Below, one piece after another: positions 57,011-64,000 of a DNA stretch of 64,000 bases. Made by a program: the position numbers and the translations under genes. The stretch covers positions 1,166 to 65,165 of the forward strand of contig CAJXBM010000002.1 in NCBI GenBank assembly GCA_913051185.1, given 5' to 3'. How positions within the stretch are numbered: the first letter of the stretch is position 1; every line of letters starts with the position of its first letter. The notes beneath the pieces were generated by a model. That model did no database searches. It had not been told where the DNA came from and saw nothing but the letters and a program-made list of their open reading frames with translations. The stretch comes from an uncultured Chloroflexota bacterium. Lineage in GTDB: Bacteria; Chloroflexota; Dehalococcoidia; UBA2979.

Positions 57011-57868
57011 CTATAAAAAAAGTTCCTTTTGCTTATCTAAATCAACCTTCTGGGCTATCAATTCTTTGATTCGGCGAGCTTTATCAGAGTGAGAAAATGG
57101 AGACTTGCCGAAAGTGCCCTCCAAATTCTTGGCCGTGGTTGCTGTGGGATTCGGAGATAAAATCACAGTAGTATCCCGACTTGCAGATGCTCTATCCAGT
57201 AAATACGGACTTGGTTCATGTCCACCCGTCAAAATCAAACATTGTGCTCCTGACAATAATGCTGCTAGGCCGAGGTCAACCTTCTCAGCTCTCACAACTA
57301 CCGCCTTGCGGTCAAATCTACCGAAATAATCATCTGCCGGGTCATGAGAAATCGCCCCGATCACGACGTGTTCACAAATTTCTCTCTCACCTACAACTGA
57401 TCTCGTCAAAACGGCCGAGTCAGTAGCGCTTATTAAATCACCCACAGTTGGTGCTGCCAATAACCTATCCTCACCGAGAGAAAAGTTTTCGTCCACAAAA
57501 TTACGATTTCGAATCGTTAGCGATGCATCAGCTCTGCCGTTAGATTCTGAACCTTGCACGTATATAATTTTTGAGTCTGGTAAGTTATCAAGTAACTCAC
57601 TTTCATCTTTAGAAGAAACCTCAATCACACAAACATCACCTGCACTGTCGGCTAATTCAACCGTGGAACTTGGCATACCTGTACCCGTATCTATTCCATC
57701 AAGGAGCAGTTCAGAAAAATTCTGCGCATCAACGGATGCACGGTCATCGCTACCAAATCTCCTAAGACTCACTGAAAGTTGATTATCAACTGCAAGTTGT
57801 GCAATCCCGACAGCAACGGTGCTAGCACCCGCGCCGATAACGTCTCCTACCACGACAATATTAGTCAT
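57011..57868 (-). CDS. stand-alone Pta-N-terminal-like protein (nucleotide-binding-like domain plus DRTGG domain)
   Basis: 285 aa. N-terminal IVVVGDVIGAGASTVAVGIAQ, then CLILTGGHEPSPYLLD, which resembles the DRTGG motif region. No PTA_PTB catalytic domain follows. Confidence 0.5.
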   Translation of the reverse strand: MTNIVVVGDVIGAGASTVAVGIAQLAVDNQLSVSLRRFGSDDRASVDAQNFSELLLDGIDTGTGMPSSTVELADSAGDVCVIEVSSKDESELLDNLPDSKIIYVQGSESNGRADASLTIRNRNFVDENFSLGEDRLLAAPTVGDLISATDSAVLTRSVVGEREICEHVVIGAISHDPADDYFGRFDRKAVVVRAEKVDLGLAALLSGAQCLILTGGHEPSPYLLDRASASRDTTVILSPNPTATTAKNLEGTFGKSPFSHSDKARRIKELIAQKVDLDKQKELFL

Positions 57869-57994
57869 TCTTACTCCATTGGCATCAAGGTCTTAAACAA
57901 AGGCTTACGGGGCAATTCTACAGGGTATTAACTTGTAATCCTAGTCTATTCTCGCTACACCATGAAATAGTGACTCGTATGACAAATACTTCAA

Positions 57995-59206
57995 TTAAAC
58001 ACTTAATTGCTGACCACGTGATCTGATCGCAAACAGTAGGCCCCCAAACAAAAGTGCGCCTGCACAGATTGCGAAAATCATAACAATCGGGAGTCTTTGC
58101 GATAAGAAACCTGCACCAATCGAACCCAGAAGTAAACCAGACATAAAGACCATCTCAAGAAAACTCATAGTCTTGGCCATACCTATTTCTCGCCCAACTA
58201 CTACTAGGGCAGCGCGTTGGGCAGCACTCCACAAAGAGTGCCCAAATCCGCCCACAAACACAAACGAGATGAAAATTGTCCAAAAATCCGCCAAAATAGC
58301 CAATCCGAAAATCCCAATAGACTGAATTAAAATTCCCAAGATGATCAAATGTCGACGGTTATACCTGTCAGCTATGCGTCCAAAAATCGGTTGCAATAAA
58401 CCTGCAACAAGCTCTTGACCCGTCAAAATCATCCCGATAGCAGTAGCAGTCAGCAACAAGTTGGTATCTAAATAAAGTGCCAAAAAAGTTAACGTCGCCC
58501 CAAAAGCAATAGCATGACCCAGCGTGACAAGCGTTAGACCTTGAAGGAGCGGTATCCTAACCACGTCTCGCCAGCGCGATATATTCAGTGATATTTCCTC
58601 GCCAGTCGAACTAACTGATTTGGTCGACGTAATCTTTGGTAGTCCGATAGCTACTAGGAGGAAAACAAGAAACATTACTGTCCCCATACTCAAAAATACG
58701 GCTGAAAATCCGAAATAATCTCGGATAACACCTGACGCCAGAGGTCCTATACCAAATCCAATTAGATCAGCGACACCGAGGATACTCATATATTTACCCT
58801 CCTCGCGTGGCGGGCTGAGATCTCCCACCGATGCAGCTGACAATGCAAACCAAAATGATGTCCCCAACCCTGAGATAACTCGAAATAGGATAATCAGCAA
58901 AATTGTGCCGCTGAAATACCATCCAGTTGCTGATATTACGGAAATACCAATTCCAAATAAAATAAAAGATTTTCGTCCATATCGATCACCTAAATTTCCT
59001 ACAAAGGGCAAAACCAAAATAGATGAAAAGGCAGCTGCAGAAAAACTCAAAGCAAGTAAAAGTCCCTCCGCACCCATAGATTGCACATAGATCGGCAGAA
59101 CCGGACCTACCATAGAGACTCCGAAAGAGCCCATAAATACGGTCAGTAACAAGACTAGAAACGCTTGCCGCCTAGTAACAGAGTCGATAACTAATCCCTC
59201 TTCCAC
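57995..59206 (-). CDS. MFS transporter
   Basis: 403 aa with 12 predicted TM helices. MFS loop 2-3 motif GNLGDRYGRK and loop 8-9 GRIADRYNRR. Confidence 0.88.
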   Translation of the reverse strand: MEEGLVIDSVTRRQAFLVLLLTVFMGSFGVSMVGPVLPIYVQSMGAEGLLLALSFSAAAFSSILVLPFVGNLGDRYGRKSFILFGIGISVISATGWYFSGTILLIILFRVISGLGTSFWFALSAASVGDLSPPREEGKYMSILGVADLIGFGIGPLASGVIRDYFGFSAVFLSMGTVMFLVFLLVAIGLPKITSTKSVSSTGEEISLNISRWRDVVRIPLLQGLTLVTLGHAIAFGATLTFLALYLDTNLLLTATAIGMILTGQELVAGLLQPIFGRIADRYNRRHLIILGILIQSIGIFGLAILADFWTIFISFVFVGGFGHSLWSAAQRAALVVVGREIGMAKTMSFLEMVFMSGLLLGSIGAGFLSQRLPIVMIFAICAGALLFGGLLFAIRSRGQQLSV

Positions 59207-59314
59207 GAAATAAGTTGATTAACTTATCAGTATTTACACTTTCTTGATAAATAATGACCTAACCTACCAAAGCAGCAACATGCCGCAAGTGCAACAAAAG
59301 AGGGTCGATAAGTT

Positions 59315-60418
59315 ATGAAAATTACAAATATCAAAATAGATTTGTTTAATTGGACGTCTGAAGCCTGGAAAACAGGGGTTGGAACGAGTTTCGGTAATAC
59401 CCAGCAATTAGGGGTAGTGACAGTCGAAACCGACGCAGGTATATCTGGCAACGCATTCCTCGGTTCGTCACGAATAGGTGCCGACCATTTCGCTCCTGGG
59501 CTAATAGAGTTTATCAAGCCACTTCTTATCGGAAAAAACCCGCAGGATATTGGGACAATATGGTGGGATATGTGGAAACAGAACAGATCTGTTTCCACAT
59601 ATGTAATCGGTGCAGTAGACGTCTGTCTGTGGGATATAAATGGCAAAATTGCAGGACTGCCAATACATCGTTTACTTGGGACTTGTAAGCAATCTGTGCC
59701 CGCATACTCCAGCACCGCTTTTCATGAGACGAAAGAAGAGTATGCCGAGGAAGCACTGCACTTTAAAGAATTGGGTTGGCGGGCGCACAAAATTCACCCG
59801 CATGGAGATCCGAAATATGATATCGAAATCTCTGAGGCTGTTAGAAATGCGGTTGGCGACGAAATGGAATTAATGCTCGATTCAATGTGGGCCTACCGAT
59901 ATGAGGAAGCTATGCGGGTAGGACGAGCTATTGAGGACTTGAATTTTTACTGGTATGAAGATCCGCTAGTTGAGGAAGATATCTACAACTATGTAAAGCT
60001 TCATCAAAAATTAGATATCCCGATCATGTCAACTGAATATGCACCGGGGCGTCTCTACGGTATGACCTCTTGGATCACCCAATATGCCACGGATATATTA
60101 CGGGGGGATGTAGCTGTGACAGGCGGCATCACACCGCTAATTCGCCTTGCACATCTAGCCGAAGGATTTAATATGCAGTGTGAAATTCATCATGGGGGTA
60201 ACTCATTGAATAACGTTGCTAACCTTCACGTCACCATGGCGGTGCCGAACTGTGAATTTTATGAGGTGTTCCCCTGCACTGGTGCAAATCAGTATGGTCT
60301 GGTTCAAGATATTGAAGTCGATTCTGATGGCCTAGTTCAGGCACCTACCCAACCAGGTTTAGGTTTTGAGATTGACTGGAATCTCATTCAACACGAGAAA
60401 ACAGTAACAATAGAGTAA
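59315..60418 (+). CDS. enolase-superfamily enzyme (mandelate racemase / acid-sugar dehydratase-like)
   Basis: 367 aa. Capping domain, then barrel metal ligands in order (LMLDSMWAY, WYEDPL, MSTEYA), and a His-Asp dyad region (RGDVAVTGGIT, CEIHHGGN). Confidence 0.8.
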   Translation: MKITNIKIDLFNWTSEAWKTGVGTSFGNTQQLGVVTVETDAGISGNAFLGSSRIGADHFAPGLIEFIKPLLIGKNPQDIGTIWWDMWKQNRSVSTYVIGAVDVCLWDINGKIAGLPIHRLLGTCKQSVPAYSSTAFHETKEEYAEEALHFKELGWRAHKIHPHGDPKYDIEISEAVRNAVGDEMELMLDSMWAYRYEEAMRVGRAIEDLNFYWYEDPLVEEDIYNYVKLHQKLDIPIMSTEYAPGRLYGMTSWITQYATDILRGDVAVTGGITPLIRLAHLAEGFNMQCEIHHGGNSLNNVANLHVTMAVPNCEFYEVFPCTGANQYGLVQDIEVDSDGLVQAPTQPGLGFEIDWNLIQHEKTVTIE

Positions 60419-60433
60419 ATTGCCGCTAAAAAA

Positions 60434-60871
60434 TTAACTCGCAGACTCACGAACAAATAATGGCAAAGTTATCTCAGGATTAACTTGAAATAATTCCAAC
60501 CTCACCCTCATTCCAATGTCCGCCTGTTCGGGTTGAATGTCAATAATATTGCTTGTGATGCGAGGACCTTCATCCAGTTCGATTAATACCGTAAGAAAGG
60601 GGGTATAGTCCACAAGACTGGGATGTATCGGCTGATGCGTGACTACGTATGAATACAAAAAACCGCCGCCTTCTGCTTCTTTCCATTTGAAATCAAATCC
60701 GCCACACCCTGAGCACATAACCATGGGCGGATAATTAGTCTGCGCACAAACACTACAGACCTGCAAAAGCAGCTTGCCTTGCTTCAAACCTTCCCAGAAC
60801 CCAGCTGAATTTTCATCTGGATCAGGAAGTGTCAAGTTTGTCGGTCTCACCCAAGGAGAATCAGACATCAT
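60434..60871 (-). CDS. DUF35 Zn-ribbon/OB-fold protein (thiolase partner)
   Basis: 145 aa. C..C....C..C rubredoxin-like knuckle (CSVCAQTNYPPMVMCSGCG), then an OB fold. ATGA-coupled to the upstream thiolase-like gene. Confidence 0.8.
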   Translation of the reverse strand: MMSDSPWVRPTNLTLPDPDENSAGFWEGLKQGKLLLQVCSVCAQTNYPPMVMCSGCGGFDFKWKEAEGGGFLYSYVVTHQPIHPSLVDYTPFLTVLIELDEGPRITSNIIDIQPEQADIGMRVRLELFQVNPEITLPLFVRESAS

Positions 60872-61995
60872 TCACCTCTCTCTAAAATTACAGCACCCGT
60901 CCCGATGCCTGTATCTACGAAAGAATATTGAGCATCTTTAACTTGTGAAGTAGACTCACCACGAGCCTGACGCACGCTCTCTATTAATTGATTCATCCCT
61001 TGCATATATGCCTCCGATAAATGTCCGCCTGACGTGTTGACTGGTAAGGATCCATTCTGCCAACTGATTCCTCCCGAGGATACAAATTCTCCGCCCTCAC
61101 CCCGTGCAACGAATCCGTAGTCCTCAAGCGCAAACACAACAAAGGGTGCAAAATGATCGTATATTTGAGCCACGTTAATCTCTGATGGTTTGAGCCTCGC
61201 TTGTTTCCAAAGTCTGGGTGAGAGTGCTACCGCAGCAGTATCAGTGAATCCGCGATCAGAATGCCCCCCTTGTGCCGCCGCTCGAATCATTGCTGAAGGA
61301 CCTGTACGTGCCTTCGCTCGCTCAGTGCTAATTAAAACAAGCGCGCCGCCGCCATCTGTTTCGAGACAACAGTCGTACAAATGAAAGGGATCTACTATAA
61401 GCCTTGAATTCTGATGATCATCTAACGTAAGAGGAGTGTCGAAAAAAGTGGCTCGTGGATTTCGATTAGCATGACCTCGTTCAGTAACAGCCACCATCCC
61501 AAATTGAGCACTGGTCACGCCTGTTTCAAACATCCTTCGACGAGTCGTCATAGCCAGCCCATGTTGTGGCGTTAGTAAACCAAATGGTTCGCTAAATGCT
61601 GCCGATCCTCTGCCAGATCGTCCTGTGACATCTCCACGCCCGTATCTGCGTCCGGACCGACCGTTCACGCCTCTATAGATAACCACCACATTGGCTAATC
61701 CAGCATGTATCGCGGCTGCTCCATTGGCGACTAGTGCGGCACCAACGTTACCGGCCTGATTTATTTCACCAAACCAAGCTAAATCTTCAATCCCCATGTT
61801 TGCCGCAACAGTTGCCTCTGGAGAAGTATCAACCGACCACCGAAGTAGCCCATCTACCTCTTTCCGGTCAATCCCGGCGTCCTGAAGAGCATTATTAATT
61901 GCTTCCAGAGATAACTGTAACTCGCTACGACCAGAATTTTTTGAATAATCAGTTTCACCAACACCAGCTATCGTGACTGCATTCATAAATGTCAT
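60868..61995 (-). CDS. SCP2-type thiolase-like protein (lipid-transfer-protein family)
   Basis: 375 aa. Thiolase-fold blocks (AGNVGAALVANGAAAIHAGLANVVV, NTSGGHLSEAY, GIGTGAVIL). It lacks the classical N-terminal Cys context of degradative thiolases. Confidence 0.78.
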   Translation of the reverse strand: MTFMNAVTIAGVGETDYSKNSGRSELQLSLEAINNALQDAGIDRKEVDGLLRWSVDTSPEATVAANMGIEDLAWFGEINQAGNVGAALVANGAAAIHAGLANVVVIYRGVNGRSGRRYGRGDVTGRSGRGSAAFSEPFGLLTPQHGLAMTTRRRMFETGVTSAQFGMVAVTERGHANRNPRATFFDTPLTLDDHQNSRLIVDPFHLYDCCLETDGGGALVLISTERAKARTGPSAMIRAAAQGGHSDRGFTDTAAVALSPRLWKQARLKPSEINVAQIYDHFAPFVVFALEDYGFVARGEGGEFVSSGGISWQNGSLPVNTSGGHLSEAYMQGMNQLIESVRQARGESTSQVKDAQYSFVDTGIGTGAVILERGE

Positions 61996-62059
61996 TTATC
62001 TTCCCAATCTTCAAAGTGCAAAACCTTGACTTAAAACCATGCCGTCAGTAGCGAACCAG

Positions 62060-63280
62060 TTAAATAATGTCGTTTTCGCGCATATTTGAAATTTCATCCC
62101 AGGTATAATCCAGTTCAAGCAGAAGCTCTTCTGTACTAAAGCCTAACTCAGGCCCTGCTCCTTGTATTTGACAAGGAGTCTCGCTCATGCGAATCGGAGG
62201 ACCAGGAACAGTCATCTGTCCCAAATTACTGCTGGATATCTCCTGTAAATATCCGTTAGCCCACATTTGCTCATCAGTTGCCAACTCTTTGTAACCCATC
62301 ACTACCGAATTCGGCACATCGGCATCAGTGAGTGCCCTAACCCAATAATCGGAACTTTTAGAGATGAAGCTCTGCGATAATTCTGTAACTAAGTCATCTT
62401 TATTATCAGCTCGACCAAATGGATCGGCAAAGCGATCATCAACAGCAAGATCGATTCTTTCTATAGCCGTACAAAGTCTCGTCCAAAATCTCTGAGTGTT
62501 TGCGGCAATCGCGACGTACTTATCATCTGAACAGAGATAGTGAGTATATGTGGCTGCCCGTCTCTCCTCGAAGCCCACTTGTTTTCCAGTTCGTAAATAT
62601 CGTGTTATCTGCATAGACTGAAGGGCTGTCATGGCTCCTATGAGTGAGACATCAACGTGCTGTCCTACGTCAAATGTATGTTTTGCAACTAACGCCGAAC
62701 TCACGCCAAATGCTAGAAGCATTGCACCTATTTGATCTGCAAATCCACCTATAAGTGCGTGAGGTGTTTCGTTTGGACCACCTCCTTGTTCAACCATCAC
62801 CCCGCTGAAAGCTTGACCAACGTGGTCGTATCCCGGAAGATCTCCGCGAGGACCATTTCGCCCCCAAGATGAGCCAGACGCCAAAATAATATTGGGAACT
62901 ATTTTCTTTAAATCCTCATAACCCAATCCCCATTTCTCCATCGTGCCTGGACGGAAATTTTCGACAACCACGTCACAACTGGGAAGGAGTCTTCTGATAA
63001 CCTCGCGCGCATCATCTGTTCGTAGATCAAGCGTCATGCTTTTTTTGCCGCGATTATGGGCTTCGAAGTAGGCGGAAAAGCCATCAGTGCCCAATCCGGT
63101 CGCGCGACCAGGCTCTCCGCCAGGTTGCTCAATCTTAATAACCTCAGCACCCATATCTGACAGCAGAACCGTCGCAAATGGGCCTTGCTGATATCGAGTC
63201 AGGTCTAGGATGCGAACACCCGTTAGCGCCGATCGCTCCACTCCATCGCTTTTGTCGCTCACCACAGTGTTATTTGACAT
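62060..63280 (-). CDS. family III CoA-transferase (CaiB/BaiF/Frc family)
   Basis: 406 aa from ATG 63280, with GGGAGA upstream. LTGVRILDLTRYQQGPFATVLLSDMGAEVIKIE, VVVENFRPGTMEKWGL. Confidence 0.88.
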   Translation of the reverse strand: MSNNTVVSDKSDGVERSALTGVRILDLTRYQQGPFATVLLSDMGAEVIKIEQPGGEPGRATGLGTDGFSAYFEAHNRGKKSMTLDLRTDDAREVIRRLLPSCDVVVENFRPGTMEKWGLGYEDLKKIVPNIILASGSSWGRNGPRGDLPGYDHVGQAFSGVMVEQGGGPNETPHALIGGFADQIGAMLLAFGVSSALVAKHTFDVGQHVDVSLIGAMTALQSMQITRYLRTGKQVGFEERRAATYTHYLCSDDKYVAIAANTQRFWTRLCTAIERIDLAVDDRFADPFGRADNKDDLVTELSQSFISKSSDYWVRALTDADVPNSVVMGYKELATDEQMWANGYLQEISSSNLGQMTVPGPPIRMSETPCQIQGAGPELGFSTEELLLELDYTWDEISNMRENDII

Positions 63281-63375
63281 ACTGTCTCCCAAGAAAGATA
63301 TTAACCACACAATAGAACCTAAACTAGAGGCTCACTTCTACAAAATATCAAAAAAACATAATCGGGGAGTATTTC

Positions 63376-64000
63376 ATGTCAATTAATCCTGAGTCGAATA
63401 GTGTCGCCCTCGTTACGGGCGCCGGGTCAGGTGTAGGTCGAGCGACCGGACTTGCATTACTCAACGCTGGATATCAGGTCATTCTTAGCGGGAGACACAA
63501 AAATTCCCTAGAAGAAACTAGAAATATGTCTGGAGCGAATTCCAATCTGGCATCTGTAATTGAGGCGGATATCTCAAAGAAAGAGTCAGTCGACAACTTA
63601 TTTGATGTAATTGAGAAGAAGTATGGTCGACTAGATGTCCTCTTCAACAACGCGGGGATTAGTGCACCAAATGCCTCTATTGAGAACTTAGACTTTGTCG
63701 AGTGGAAAAAAGTTGTTGACACCAATCTATCTGGGACATTTTTATGCACTCAGGCAGCTTTCAAATTAATGAAAATGCAGAAACCTCAAGGGGGCAGAAT
63801 TATAAATAATGGGTCCATATCAGCTGATAGGCCACGGCCAAATTCCGCTCCCTACACGTCAACAAAGCACGCCATTACAGGACTTACCAAATCCACATCA
63901 CTCGATGGAAGGAAATACAATATTGCATGCGGACAAATTGACATAGGGAACGCCGCGACGGAAATGACTGAGCGAATGCAATCCGGAATTGTGCAAGCTG
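63376..64000 (+). CDS. short-chain dehydrogenase/reductase (SDR), 3' end beyond window
   Basis: Not in the ORF track because it is truncated. ATG 63376 gives [25 protein letters not shown] (TGxxxGxG), NNAG, and the catalytic YTSTKHA (YxxxK). Confidence 0.85.
   Translation, partial: MSINPESNSVALVTGAGSGVGRATGLALLNAGYQVILSGRHKNSLEETRNMSGANSNLASVIEADISKKESVDNLFDVIEKKYGRLDVLFNNAGISAPNASIENLDFVEWKKVVDTNLSGTFLCTQAAFKLMKMQKPQGGRIINNGSISADRPRPNSAPYTSTKHAITGLTKSTSLDGRKYNIACGQIDIGNAATEMTERMQSGIVQA

Noticed and set aside
59210-59227. 18-bp near-palindrome ATAAGTTGATTAACTTAT in the MFS/enolase divergent region, with a third ATAAGTT half-site just before the enolase ATG, considered as an operator.
   Set aside because: It is AT-rich, and an 8-of-9 pair palindrome is expected by chance about once in the intergenic fraction. 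No regulator gene is adjacent. It would only be worth testing if it is conserved.
1-64000. Search for CRISPR arrays, tandem repeats, IS elements or transposases, prophage genes, toxin-antitoxin pairs, rRNA, tmRNA, RNase P RNA and SRP RNA.
   Set aside because: None was seen. Apart from the 308-nt mraZ-rsmH interval (occupied by orf102), intergenic spacers are at most ~250 nt, and no repeat-spacer periodicity or mobile-element gene was recognised by eye. A computational repeat scan would be needed to exclude short dispersed repeats.

Overview
Densely coding, AT-rich bacterial chromosomal segment (GC judged by eye, not computed). I found no rRNA, CRISPR array, transposase or phage genes, and one tRNA-Asp(GTC). 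Coordinates 1-27.4 kb are almost entirely + strand: a moaB/mog fragment, pyrG, tal, then a ~17-kb tightly coupled dcw cluster (mraZ, orf102, rsmH, ftsL-like, ftsI, murF, mraY, murD, ftsW, murG::murC fusion, ddl, ftsQ, ftsA, ftsZ). This is followed by nrdR, yggS-proC-yggT, recA (with a Cheo-type SOS box), recX, rny, and a Zn-ribbon membrane protein. At tRNA-Asp the orientation flips. Coordinates 27.4-49.3 kb are mostly - strand: an AGPS-like FAD oxidase, yqeK-like HD, htpX, two acyl-CoA dehydrogenases, a class-A-like serine hydrolase, a flavin reductase, rluB, a PurN-like formyltransferase, xseAB, efp, an M24B peptidase, aroQ, a Xer recombinase, cobO, tupCBA with a divergent ModE-like regulator, pyrE, lepB, an MBL hydrolase and hisS. 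The last 15 kb holds rel, mazG, pcrA, and a catabolic block (MFS, enolase-superfamily enzyme, DUF35 plus SCP2-type thiolase, family III CoA-transferase, SDR). The gene content (RNase Y, the Firmicute-like aroQ-M24B-efp order, and ACAD/CaiB/enolase/DUF35-thiolase genes) suggests a marine Chloroflexota, possibly SAR202-like; this is inference only. No defence island or mobile element was found. The most unusual signals are in the division cluster. (1) A 24-bp strand-specific inverted repeat lies inside an unassigned 102-codon ORF wedged between mraZ and rsmH. (2) murG and murC form a single 889-codon frame. (3) FtsZ has a ~100-160 aa N-terminal extension and a shortened C-terminal peptide. (4) FtsA has degenerate nucleotide-binding motifs. 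All homology calls rest on motif recognition by eye; no database search was run.
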